Shown here piece after piece: positions 8,178 through 17,246 of a stretch of DNA of 64,000 nucleotides. The notes under the pieces were generated by a model, which made no database searches, had not been told where the DNA came from, and saw nothing but the letters and a program-made list of their open reading frames with translations. This DNA is from Candidatus Poribacteria bacterium (GTDB lineage Bacteria; Poribacteria; WGA-4E; WGA-3G), in the NCBI GenBank assembly GCA_009839745.1, contig VXPE01000117.1, positions 6,059-70,058 of the forward strand. The letters run 5' to 3'. Position numbers and translations under genes: made by a program. Each line of letters starts with the position of its first letter. Position 1 is the first letter of the stretch.

Positions 8178-10031
8178 ATGTTCTTAGAAAAAGTTAACAC
8201 CCCAGCAGATTTAAAAAAACTTGAACTTGAGGAACTGAAAGTGCTTGCTGAAGAGATGCGCGCCTATCTATTGGCGGTGCTCTCTGAACATCCGGGACAT
8301 TTTGCCCCGAACTTCGGGACAGTCGAACTGGCAATAGCTTTGCACAAAGTGTATGACACACCGCGCGACAAAGTCGTCTGGGACATCGGGCATCAGGCGT
8401 ATCCGCATAAACTGCTCACCGGCAGGCGTGACGCGTTCCCAACGCTCCGACAAAGCGGGGGCATCAGTGGATTCCTCAGTAGAGCGGAGAGTGAATACGA
8501 TGTCTTTGGTGCGGGACACTCCAGCACTTCTATCGCCGCGGCTTTGGGGATTGCCACCGCCAGAGACCTTATCAATGAGCATTACAAAGTCGTGGCTGTC
8601 ATCGGAGATGGCGGGTTAACAGGTGGGATGGCATTTGAAGCCTTGAACACCGCCGGGGACTTTAGGAACGATATGACCGTCATTCTCAATGACAACAACA
8701 TGTCCATTTCAGCAACCGTCGGGGCATTCTCTAAACATTTTCATAAACTCACGAGTTCACCACAATATAACCTCCTACGCTCTGGTGCGAAGGGGTTGAT
8801 GAACCTGATTTCAGAGGATGCCAAGCAGATAGCGCGGAAGATTGAGGCATCATTGAAACCCGGCACGCTGTTTGAAGAATTCGGATTCCGCTACTTCGGT
8901 CCGCTTGATGGTAACGATTTAGAGGCATTGATACCCGTTTTGACGGGTATCCGCAGTCTCACGGGCCCTATTTTACTGCATGTCGTAACCGAAAAGGGAC
9001 GCGGTTATACGCCGGCGGAAGAAGATCCGGTCGGGTTCTATAGTGTCAGTGGTCCCTTCAATCTGAAAACAGGAAAGACAACTAAACCGAAACCTGAAAC
9101 CCCGACGTATACGGAAGTGTTCAGCAAAACGTTGATTGAATTGGCGAAACGCGATGCACGGATCGTGGGTGTGACGGCAGCAATGCTTGGCGGGACGGGG
9201 CTGGACAAGTTTGCGAGCGCATTTCCGAGTCGATGCTTTGACATCGGCTTGGCGGAACAGTGTGCGGTTACGTTCGCGGGTGGACTTGCGACACAGGGCA
9301 TGCGTCCCGTTGCCGCTATCTATTCTACCTTCCTCCAGCGGAGTTACGATCAGGTTTTACACGACGTGTGCATCCAAAACCTTCCGGTTGTTTTTGCATT
9401 GGACAGAGCCGGACTTGTCGGGGCAGACGGTCCAACACATCACGGCGTTTTCGATTTCGCTTTCCTCCGCTCTATTCCAAATATGGTTGTCATGGCACCC
9501 AAAGATGAAAACGAACTCCAGTCTATGGTGAAGACGGCTGTGTCGTATCAAGAGGGTCCCATTGCCTTCCGTTACCCGCGTGGCACCGGTATGGGGGTGA
9601 AAATGACTTCAGAACCGCAAGTGCTACCGATTGGAAAAAGTGAGATCGTTAGAGAGGGTGAGGATGTGCTCGTGATTGCCGTCGGCAACCGCGTCTATCC
9701 TGCCCTTGAAGCGGCACAAACGTTAGCGGACTCTGGAATCTCAGCAGCGGTTATTAACGCACGGTTTGTCAAGCCTTTGGACACCGAGACAATTCTTCCG
9801 CTCGCAGAACGGATCGGTAAGGTAATTACGATTGAAGATGGCGTGATAATGGGCGGTTTCGGTAGTGCCGTTTTGGAGGCGATTGCTGCAGCAGGTCTCA
9901 AAGACGTGCAGATCAAAAATCTCGGTATCCCAGATGAATTTATTGAGCACGGCGATATCCAGCATCTCTATGCCCTCTGTCAATGCGATGCGGATGCCGT
10001 TGTTCGCACGGCGCAAGCGATGCTCCAATAG
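8178..10031 (+). CDS. dxs: 1-deoxy-D-xylulose-5-phosphate synthase
   Basis: 617 aa. GHFAPNFGTVELAIALH, WDIGHQAYPHKLLTGR and IGDGGLTGGMAFEALN (TPP motif) are unmistakable Dxs motifs. Confidence 0.95.
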   Translation: MFLEKVNTPADLKKLELEELKVLAEEMRAYLLAVLSEHPGHFAPNFGTVELAIALHKVYDTPRDKVVWDIGHQAYPHKLLTGRRDAFPTLRQSGGISGFLSRAESEYDVFGAGHSSTSIAAALGIATARDLINEHYKVVAVIGDGGLTGGMAFEALNTAGDFRNDMTVILNDNNMSISATVGAFSKHFHKLTSSPQYNLLRSGAKGLMNLISEDAKQIARKIEASLKPGTLFEEFGFRYFGPLDGNDLEALIPVLTGIRSLTGPILLHVVTEKGRGYTPAEEDPVGFYSVSGPFNLKTGKTTKPKPETPTYTEVFSKTLIELAKRDARIVGVTAAMLGGTGLDKFASAFPSRCFDIGLAEQCAVTFAGGLATQGMRPVAAIYSTFLQRSYDQVLHDVCIQNLPVVFALDRAGLVGADGPTHHGVFDFAFLRSIPNMVVMAPKDENELQSMVKTAVSYQEGPIAFRYPRGTGMGVKMTSEPQVLPIGKSEIVREGEDVLVIAVGNRVYPALEAAQTLADSGISAAVINARFVKPLDTETILPLAERIGKVITIEDGVIMGGFGSAVLEAIAAAGLKDVQIKNLGIPDEFIEHGDIQHLYALCQCDADAVVRTAQAMLQ

Positions 10032-10106
10032 AAGCGATTCTTGGCTTGCTGCTGACTGTTGCAATATCATCATTGAAGCGGTGTCTTAAACCAATCTTGA
10101 AGGGAT

Positions 10107-10778
10107 GTGGTAAAGATTACAAGAGAAGATTTCATAAAATACTACGATTCAGCGACCTATTCGGCAAGGTTACGGGTTCCAAGGTCGGGTCCCAACTTAG
10201 CGGTGATAAATACAACCCGTATTAACGACTCGGTTCCTTATGGGCAGAGCGTTTATGCCATTGCCTTGGACCTTTTAGTTGACAGAGACGCTGCGAATTT
10301 GGTGCAACATGAGGTGTTCTGTCGTGCGATAGGGCAGACTTATAACTTTACTGTCGTCGATGTATGGAGCGGAAACGAATATTGGGAAGGACTCCAAAAC
10401 CTCACTATCGCTGCGGCAGTCGATGTCTTGTGCCTACCTGAAGAGGACAATCCACTATCGCGCCCGTTGATTGGCGGCGTTCAATTGGTTGAGGAAGTGA
10501 ACAGCAAATGGTGGGGGACGCTCGCGCTAACGCTTCGTCTCAGGAACTTGCTTGAATTTCAGGTAGGGTGCCTCACCGTTCTAAAAAAGCCTACCCAAGA
10601 GATATCGAAACTCCTTTCTAAGACAGAAACCGAGATTCAATCCCCCTACGAGATGGTCATCAAAGAAATAAGCAACGCTATTAACCAATGGGCTCAAACT
10701 GAGATCTCAGCAGTAAACGAACGCCTATCTGAAATAGAGGACTTGAAGAGGTATTACGATTATGGGGGGGCACTATGA
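10107..10778 (+). CDS. Hypothetical protein
   Basis: 223-aa ORF (GTG start) with no motif I recognise. Its stop overlaps the next start by 4 nt (ATGA). Confidence 0.5.
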   Translation: MVKITREDFIKYYDSATYSARLRVPRSGPNLAVINTTRINDSVPYGQSVYAIALDLLVDRDAANLVQHEVFCRAIGQTYNFTVVDVWSGNEYWEGLQNLTIAAAVDVLCLPEEDNPLSRPLIGGVQLVEEVNSKWWGTLALTLRLRNLLEFQVGCLTVLKKPTQEISKLLSKTETEIQSPYEMVIKEISNAINQWAQTEISAVNERLSEIEDLKRYYDYGGAL

Positions 10779-11920
10779 GGATCGGTGTCGTTTACTCTGG
10801 GGAGCAGAGTCAACCGGGATTTTTTCAGGCTTTGTACCCTATCCAATTGCGCGTGAACTGCATTGCGAGTTCCAGTGCTATTCCCGAAAATCGTGCGCGT
10901 GTTGAGGAATTTGCATCGTTTCTTGAGTGTGATTTCTTTGACAGTCCTGAAGAAATGTTCACCACAGCGAGACCGAAATTGGAAGGCGTCATTATTATCT
11001 CAGATGAAACCGCAAGCGTGCCTATTGCTCAACTCATTGAATCTGCACTTGCTGCGGGTGTCAATGTCTTATCTCCAGCTCCCCTCAATTCTTTAGCAGA
11101 CGGACTGCACCTTGCCGCAGCCTCTGAAAAATATAACCGGCTTGTTATGACGGGGACACGGTTTATATTCGGTAGATGCGTTCAGGAACTCTTACGTATC
11201 GTAAGCGATGCCGAGTTTGGCGTGATTCAAGACATGCGATTCTTACTTGGAATCGGGCGGGTGCCATATTTAAACGATCTGTTGAAATTGGGAGCGCCGC
11301 ATTTTCAGATTGTTTTTGAGATAGCCCGTCGCCTCTTTGTGGAATATACTGTGCTACCTGAGGAAGTGACTGTGATGGCTTCCAAAACTGGGGCACCCAA
11401 CATAAGCAGTACTATCAGATTTCCGCAGGGAGCACTTTGCACCTTCTGCCAGACTTCTAATCGTCAGTGGGGCAACGACTCCTACCATACCATCGAAATT
11501 ACCGGGAGAACTTCCCATATCTGGAGCGATCTGCAAACGTGGCGGTATTTTGCTAACGAGAACACTTTCCGAATGGGTGGCGGAGATGAGGAGATTTCGG
11601 CGAATATACAGGGTTTTTCGGGACAACTACGCGAGTTCTGTTTAGCGATTGAAGGGGATCGCCAGCCCTATGCAGGCACGCTCCGAAGCGTTTTGCCTTC
11701 TTTATGGTTTCGAGAAAGATTACAAGACTGTATTGAACGGAAACAGACGAGTCTAAAAATGAGCGAGTTTCGCGTCAGTTTAGACGACGAAATTCAACGG
11801 TTGGCATCCAAACGCGATGTCAACCCACAAGACAAAAAACACCGACGTGAGAAGGCATTCCTCTTGGGTAAAAGAGGCGATTTCTCACAAGCTCTCATAG
11901 AGTACGGCGAAACTTTGTAA
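10775..11920 (+). CDS. Hypothetical protein, weakly Gfo/Idh/MocA-like N-terminus without a GxGxxG dinucleotide motif
   Basis: MRIGVVYSGEQSQPG... has the beta-strand start and later EEMFTT...LEGVIIIS spacing reminiscent of Gfo/Idh/MocA proteins, but the glycine-rich loop is absent. The C-terminal tail is basic. Confidence 0.45.
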   Translation: MRIGVVYSGEQSQPGFFQALYPIQLRVNCIASSSAIPENRARVEEFASFLECDFFDSPEEMFTTARPKLEGVIIISDETASVPIAQLIESALAAGVNVLSPAPLNSLADGLHLAAASEKYNRLVMTGTRFIFGRCVQELLRIVSDAEFGVIQDMRFLLGIGRVPYLNDLLKLGAPHFQIVFEIARRLFVEYTVLPEEVTVMASKTGAPNISSTIRFPQGALCTFCQTSNRQWGNDSYHTIEITGRTSHIWSDLQTWRYFANENTFRMGGGDEEISANIQGFSGQLREFCLAIEGDRQPYAGTLRSVLPSLWFRERLQDCIERKQTSLKMSEFRVSLDDEIQRLASKRDVNPQDKKHRREKAFLLGKRGDFSQALIEYGETL

Positions 11921-12010
11921 TTTCACCTATCATCGTAGCAAACAAGTGATTTCTCCAATCAGTAATGCTTATTGAAGCGATTACCCGCCAAAAAGACAAG
12001 GGAAAACAAA

Positions 12011-13099
12011 ATGATTGAGAGAACCGCAACGCAGGCACACGGCGTTACCAGGGATATTATCTCCGAATCTGCTCAGATGCAAGCGGTCTTCCGATATGTT
12101 AAGCGAGTTGCTCCTACAAAGGCGACTGTCCTCATCACAGGTGAAACGGGAGTTGGCAAAGAAGTCGTCGCGCAAGCAATTCACGATAGCAGTCCGCGTA
12201 GAAAGGCTCCGTTCAAAATCATGAACTGTAGTGCGATTCCACCGGAACTCATTCAAAGTGAGCTCTTTGGACACGAAAAAGGAGCCTTTACCACGGCTCT
12301 TCGGCAGCATCGCGGGGTGTTTGAACAAGCGAATCGAGGCACGTTGTTTTTGGATGAGGTAGCGGAAATGCCGCTTGGTGCCCAAGCGAATTTTCTCCGT
12401 GTCTTGGAGGGACGAGAATTCTCTCCGGTCGGCGGGGAAAAAACAATCAAAGTGGATGTCCGAGTTATTGCAGCGACAAATGTTAACCTTAAAACTGCGG
12501 TCAACGAAAAAAAATTTAGAGAAGACCTCTATTATCGAATTAATCTCTTTCGCATTCAGATTCCGCCGCTCCGCCATCGACGTTCAGACATAGGACCTTT
12601 AGCTTTCAATTTCATCTCGCAATTAAGCAGTGAACATAACAGATCAATTAACAGTATAACGCCTGAGGCAATTAACTATCTCCAAAATGTCGATTGGTAC
12701 GGTAACGCGCGCGAACTCAGAAATGTAATAGAGACCGCAATTATCTTGACTGAAGGTGAAGAATTGAAAAAGGAGGATGTGGAAATAGCCGTGGAAATGT
12801 TAAATGAGCATGATGCAAACTCGGCAGGATTATCAGACGCAATTCGTGTCGGAGCAGAAAATTCGAAAGAATTCAATGGGAACTCACATATAATACCTGA
12901 AGACGATAAAAACAGATTCTGGGAGTTAATCCAGACCGGAACAATGTCCGAAATAACCTCTCATGTTACCCTTATGAGATACCGATCAGAAAGTTCTCAC
13001 TGTTCAAAACGGGATATTGCAAAAAGTCTCCAAATATCTGTGCCTACCTTGGACAAGTATTGTGCTTTAGCCGAGGAAAACACTGAAGAAAGAAAATAA
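12011..13099 (+). CDS. Sigma-54-dependent transcriptional activator (bEBP), AAA+ core plus C-terminal HTH, no N-terminal sensor domain
   Basis: Walker A ITGETGVGKE, L1 loop ELFGHEKGAFTTA (GAFTGA variant), Walker B LFLDEV, RVIAATN, C-terminal SKRDIAKSLQISVPTLDKY. ATG 12011 follows AAGGGA. The track ORF starts at TTG 11972. Confidence 0.85.
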   Translation: MIERTATQAHGVTRDIISESAQMQAVFRYVKRVAPTKATVLITGETGVGKEVVAQAIHDSSPRRKAPFKIMNCSAIPPELIQSELFGHEKGAFTTALRQHRGVFEQANRGTLFLDEVAEMPLGAQANFLRVLEGREFSPVGGEKTIKVDVRVIAATNVNLKTAVNEKKFREDLYYRINLFRIQIPPLRHRRSDIGPLAFNFISQLSSEHNRSINSITPEAINYLQNVDWYGNARELRNVIETAIILTEGEELKKEDVEIAVEMLNEHDANSAGLSDAIRVGAENSKEFNGNSHIIPEDDKNRFWELIQTGTMSEITSHVTLMRYRSESSHCSKRDIAKSLQISVPTLDKYCALAEENTEERK

Positions 13100-13130
13100 A
13101 AACATCATAGAATCGACAGAAAACTGATAC

Positions 13131-13170
13131 AAAACCGCGGTGGCACTTATTGCTATTGCGGTTTTTTCAC
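13131..13170 (+). terminator. Possible terminator after the bEBP gene
   Basis: aaaaccgcgg ... ccgcggtttttt: stem aaaccgc/gcggttt with a large loop, followed by a T-run. Confidence 0.45.
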
Positions 13171-13397
13171 GCCTGCACGTGCTTAGCATGTTGTGGGCTA
13201 TTTTTGTTTGTAAGAATTTTTGTAAAAACAAAAAAATTTAGCAAGGGGCATAAATATTTTGGGGTTTTTCCAGAAACCACGAAATAGGAAATCTATCGGA
13301 TTTAGCGTAGGCTTTCGGTTAGAAACCCTGACGTTACAAGGTCATACGGTATGTAAAACGGAAAATATCCAATGATGATTCAAAGGATTCAGGAGAT

Positions 13398-13412
13398 TGG
13401 CACGGTTCTTGC
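13398..13412 (+). promoter_or_regulatory. Sigma-54 promoter (-24/-12)
   Basis: TGGCACGGTTCTTGC: exact TGGCAC-N5-TTGC with canonical GG-to-GC spacing, in a non-coding gap about 300 nt downstream of the bEBP gene. Confidence 0.75.
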
Positions 13413-13482
13413 TCAAGTATATCTTGTAGACACGTAGCAAACTCTCGCTCAACTGGCGTTCGATTTTTAAAAGGGGTACATA

Positions 13483-13750
13483 ATGTCGGACTGAGATAGA
13501 CGGTAAACTTGTTGAAGGTGCTGGAACACTGCGCCTTACTGAAACAACGTTTATCCAAGAATTTGAGAACGGAAATCAATTTTTAGCGGGTTCGTACCAA
13601 TTGATTGAACCGTATACCAACAGACAGGGAACGATTCATTGGTTTATTGATGGAAACGCGAAGCCTTCGATAAGTACGTATACGTCCGATGGAAAACTTT
13701 TGGTCCTTTTTTGCGAAGTTAACTCTATACGGTATGTTTACCAAAAGTAA
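13483..13750 (+). pseudogene. Small ORF with a disrupted start (ATG-TCG-GAC-TGA, then an 85-codon open frame at +1)
   Basis: AAAAGGGG-N7-ATG at 13483 is followed after 3 codons by TGA. The +1 frame reads EIDGKLVEGAGTLRLTETTFIQEFENGNQFLAGSYQLIEPYTNRQGTIHWFIDGNAKPSISTYTSDGKLLVLFCEVNSIRYVYQK* and looks protein-like, but has no usable ATG/GTG/TTG start near its 5' end (first in-frame TTG about 38 codons in). Confidence 0.3.
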
Positions 13751-13995
13751 ATTAACGTGAGTTTGATAAAAGTGGGATGTCGGATTTCGCTACTGCTATT
13801 TCGTTAAAAAGTCGTTTGAAAAAGGGTGTATCTGCCCATATTTTGCGTTTTTTCGGTCGTTTTACCGCTCTACCTGGGGAAACACCCAAGCAAAAACACC
13901 TACAGATTTATTTTCAAACTCACGTTAGGTATGGAGGTATTGAGGACATGCGGTTTCTCGTACCTCCCTAACCTTTTTCAAGGAGAAATTTGAAC

Positions 13996-14895
13996 GTGAA
14001 AAAAAATGTTCTTGGAATTGTATCTACTTGGGTCGGTGTATTTGCGATTATTGTTCTGGGTATTCTACTCTATGCAGCTTCAAAGAAACTTGGGCAGGTT
14101 CAGGTTGAGTTAGTGTCCACCGAACGGACTTTGCAAACTGTGGAAAGCGAGAAAACCGATCTTAAAAAACGGTTGGGAGAAACTCAAAGTATACTTGAAG
14201 CAGCACGTTTAGACCTCAATCAGACCCAAGAAATATTGCAAAACGCCAGTGAAGCCTCCCAAAAAATCGCTGCCGAACGTAATGCGCTTAGACAGGAAAA
14301 ACGCTCACTTGAAAGCGAAAAAGAGGGCCTTCGGGCAAAATTAGCCGAAATCGAGTTTGAACTCCAACAGATTCGTATCCAATCGCAACGTTCAATCGCC
14401 GCTATCCAAGCGAAATTTAAAGATTCAGTCGGTGCGGTATTGGATGACGCAGGACGCCTGAAGCTTGATGTCAAAGGGAAAATCCTGTTCGAAACTGGGA
14501 AGGCGACTTTAAGTCCAGAAGGAAAAACACTCCTTGAGGCGATCGCTGCGGAAGTCTTGCTCAGCACGAACTATCTGGATTACGCCGTGCGGGTTGAAGG
14601 ACATACCGATGACGCGCCGATAGGAGGATCAGCGTTACGAAATTGGAATCTGTCAACCGAGCGGGCAATCGCTGCTGTTAAATACCTCCAGGAGCATGCG
14701 GGCATTAAGGCCCAACGTTTGGCGGCAACAGGATATGCTTTCTATCAACCGATAGACGCTGCCGACACACCCGAGGCGAAAGCGAAAAACCGGAGAATTG
14801 AAATTATACTGGTGCCACCGCAGGATTTTTTATCCGAGCTGCTGACTTCACTTCAAAATGTAATGGCATCTATTGAGAATCAGGCGAGTCAGTAG
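13996..14895 (+). CDS. OmpA/MotB-domain protein with N-terminal TM helix and coiled coil
   Basis: C-terminal RVEGHTDDAPIG...NWNLSTERAIAAVKYL...NRRIEIILVP is the OmpA-like peptidoglycan-binding motif. N-terminal hydrophobic helix, then a heptad-rich region. GTG 13996 lies 9 nt after AAGGAG (the track uses TTG 13990). Confidence 0.8.
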   Translation: MKKNVLGIVSTWVGVFAIIVLGILLYAASKKLGQVQVELVSTERTLQTVESEKTDLKKRLGETQSILEAARLDLNQTQEILQNASEASQKIAAERNALRQEKRSLESEKEGLRAKLAEIEFELQQIRIQSQRSIAAIQAKFKDSVGAVLDDAGRLKLDVKGKILFETGKATLSPEGKTLLEAIAAEVLLSTNYLDYAVRVEGHTDDAPIGGSALRNWNLSTERAIAAVKYLQEHAGIKAQRLAATGYAFYQPIDAADTPEAKAKNRRIEIILVPPQDFLSELLTSLQNVMASIENQASQ

Positions 14896-14984
14896 TTTTG
14901 TGATAGCAAACTACTGACAGGGAAATGGCACTACAAGTATCTGTTGATATTCCGACTTACATTCAAACGAGAGGAAAACGCATA

Positions 14985-17246
14985 ATGTTTTCAAAGAGCA
15001 AACAACAATCTGGATCCAAAACTGTGCCATCTCAACGAGGTCACGGCTTTGGGACGGCTCCAGTGTTTCTGACTTCAATCACAACGATCTTGGGTGCCAT
15101 TCTCTTTTTACGCTTCGGTTATGCTATCGCGAATGTCGGACTCTGGGGTAGCCTCATTATTATCCTCCTCGGGCATTTGGTTACGATTCCGACAGTGTTA
15201 GCAGTATCGGAAATTGCAACCAATCGCCGTGTGGCAGGCGGGGGTGCCTATTATATTGTGAGCCGCTCCTTTGGCACGAGCATTGGAGGCGCGATCGGAC
15301 TTGCCCTGTATTTTTCCCAAGCGATCTCGGTCGCTTTCTATATGGTAGCATTTGCCGAGGCTTTTGTCCCCATCTATCAGTGGATCTTAGACACCTATGA
15401 GTTGGGTCTTGACCCACGTTGGGTGAGTGTCCCGTGTACCGTATTGCTCATCGCACTCATGTTAACGAAGGGCGCGGATATAGGGGTGTCGGCACTCTGG
15501 GGTATCAGTGCCATCCTTGCTGCATCGATAGCAACTTTTTTTTTGGGTCAGGGGCCTGAATCCATACAGCCCGATGGTCTGAATATTACGGCGCGCATTG
15601 AAAACGGCGATAGCTTCGGTACGGTTTTCGCGACCTGTTTTCCCGCCTTCACTGGGATGATTGCGGGTTTGGGACTCTCCGGGGACTTGAAAAACCCTCA
15701 GAGAAGCATACCCCTTGGCACGATTGCGGCGACACTCACAGGTATGGTGGTCTATATTTTTGTTGCCTTTAAATTGTGTCAGAGTGCGACACCGGAGGCA
15801 CTCGCCGGTGATCAGTTTATCATGGCACAGATTTCCTTATGGGGACCGGCTATCTATATTGGGTTGGGAGCCGCTGCGCTCTCATCCGCTCTCGGCTCAA
15901 TCCTCGTGGCGCCCCGAACACTGCAGGCACTTGCTCGTGACAATGTACTGCCGATTCCGAAGCTGAACCGCCTCATGGAAAAAGGGTTCGGAAAGAATGA
16001 AGAACCCGTATACGCGACGTGTGTATCAGGCGCAATCGCTATAGTGTTCACTGTCGTAGGCGGTGTGGATTTTATCGCGCAGATCCTCAGTATGTTCTTC
16101 ATGGTAATGTACGGAGCACTCTGTGCTGTTTCATTTCTTGAGCACTTCGCGGGTAATCCGTCCTATCGCCCGACTTTCCATTCTCGGTGGTACCTGTCTC
16201 TGCTCGGAACTATGATGTGTGGATTGATGATGATTCAAATAAGTGCCCTATACGCGTTCATCTCAATTTTTCTCATGGCGATCACTTATCTGGGGCTTCG
16301 CCGCAGCAGTAGAGGCCAACGCGATTTGACAGCGATCTTCCAAGGAACGATGTTTCAATTAACTCGGTGGTTGCAGACGACTCTGCAGAAGAATCGCGTC
16401 ATTACATCAGAAGGGGGATGGCGTCCTTCGATTATCGCTATAACTCGATTCGGAGAACGTCGGCTGGGTCATTTTGACTTACTCCGTTGGATTTGCCACC
16501 GACACGGATTCGGTCAGTTTATGCAGTTCCTGCCTGTTGATTATTCGTTTACCAGCGATAGAGAAGCGCGTAGCCAGGTTGACGGGTTGATTCAGCGAGC
16601 GGAGATGAGTAAAGCAGGTATCTTCGTTGATTCCGTAATTTGCCCGACGTTTCCACTTGCTATGGCGCAAATACTACAGATGCCTGGGATTTCTGGCTTA
16701 CCAAACAACTGTGTCCTCCTTGAGTTTAAAGGTGAGAGTCCTGAGGAGTTCGAAGAAGTTAAACAAGGCGCGCGTCTCGCAGCGAGCTTAATGTCCAACG
16801 TCTTGATCCTGCGATCAACAGAATATCGATTCGGGTATCGCGCCTCGATCCATGTGTGGGTGACAGAGGATAACTTGAAGAATGCACCCCTGATGCTGCT
16901 GCTTGCATATATCATTGTGGGACATCCGGAGTGGAAACGTGCTGAGATCCAACTGTTCGCCTGCTCCGAGGCAAGAGACGCTGAACGTGAGGCTGACGAA
17001 CTCTCGACACTGATGGAGGAGGGTCGGATCCCGATTTCAAGGCAGAATGTGACCTCTATTTCCTATAACAGCCCAGAGGTTTTGGAAAAAGAGGTGGCGC
17101 AACGCTCTTTTCAGGCTGACCTGGTTATCGCGGGTTTAACAGAGGAACGCCTTAATTCTGAGGAATTAGCCCAAACGTTACTATCTTACGAAGGCGTGAA
17201 CGACGTACTGTTCGTCCATTCAATTGAGGAGATTGTCATTGATTAA
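14985..17246 (+). CDS. APC-superfamily transporter, cation-chloride cotransporter (SLC12)-like, with a large cytoplasmic C-terminal domain
   Basis: About 12 TM segments (FGTAPVFLTSITTILGAILFLRFGY..., AFTGMIAGLGLSGDLKNP) followed by about 300 soluble residues, the architecture of CCC/SLC12 homologues. ATG 14985 has a GAGAGGA RBS. The track ORF starts at 14925. Confidence 0.75.
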   Translation: MFSKSKQQSGSKTVPSQRGHGFGTAPVFLTSITTILGAILFLRFGYAIANVGLWGSLIIILLGHLVTIPTVLAVSEIATNRRVAGGGAYYIVSRSFGTSIGGAIGLALYFSQAISVAFYMVAFAEAFVPIYQWILDTYELGLDPRWVSVPCTVLLIALMLTKGADIGVSALWGISAILAASIATFFLGQGPESIQPDGLNITARIENGDSFGTVFATCFPAFTGMIAGLGLSGDLKNPQRSIPLGTIAATLTGMVVYIFVAFKLCQSATPEALAGDQFIMAQISLWGPAIYIGLGAAALSSALGSILVAPRTLQALARDNVLPIPKLNRLMEKGFGKNEEPVYATCVSGAIAIVFTVVGGVDFIAQILSMFFMVMYGALCAVSFLEHFAGNPSYRPTFHSRWYLSLLGTMMCGLMMIQISALYAFISIFLMAITYLGLRRSSRGQRDLTAIFQGTMFQLTRWLQTTLQKNRVITSEGGWRPSIIAITRFGERRLGHFDLLRWICHRHGFGQFMQFLPVDYSFTSDREARSQVDGLIQRAEMSKAGIFVDSVICPTFPLAMAQILQMPGISGLPNNCVLLEFKGESPEEFEEVKQGARLAASLMSNVLILRSTEYRFGYRASIHVWVTEDNLKNAPLMLLLAYIIVGHPEWKRAEIQLFACSEARDAEREADELSTLMEEGRIPISRQNVTSISYNSPEVLEKEVAQRSFQADLVIAGLTEERLNSEELAQTLLSYEGVNDVLFVHSIEEIVID

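Noticed and set aside
11981-12577. 198-aa minus-strand ORF
   Set aside because: It is antisense to the sigma-54 activator AAA+ core, which has unambiguous Walker A/B and GAFTGA-type motifs.
13141-13154. TGGCACTTATTGCT, which looks like a sigma-54 promoter
   Set aside because: The GG-to-GC spacing is 2 nt too short. The sequence sits in the loop of the putative terminator hairpin after the bEBP gene.
13489-13495. Programmed +1 frameshift at GAC-UGA-G (prfB-like) to join ATG 13483 with the 85-codon frame
   Set aside because: There is no slippery codon allowing P-site tRNA re-pairing (GAC to ACU). An indel, a pseudogene or a mis-assembly is more parsimonious, so it is reported only as a disrupted ORF.
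13334-13579. 81-aa minus-strand ORF
   Set aside because: It overlaps the more protein-like plus-strand frame and the sigma-54 promoter region. It has no motif support.
13777-13971. 64-aa plus-strand ORF MSDFATAISLK...
   Set aside because: It is bracketed by the inverted TTATCAAACTCACGTTAA motifs and runs through the probable promoter/leader of the OmpA-like gene. It has a basic low-complexity composition.
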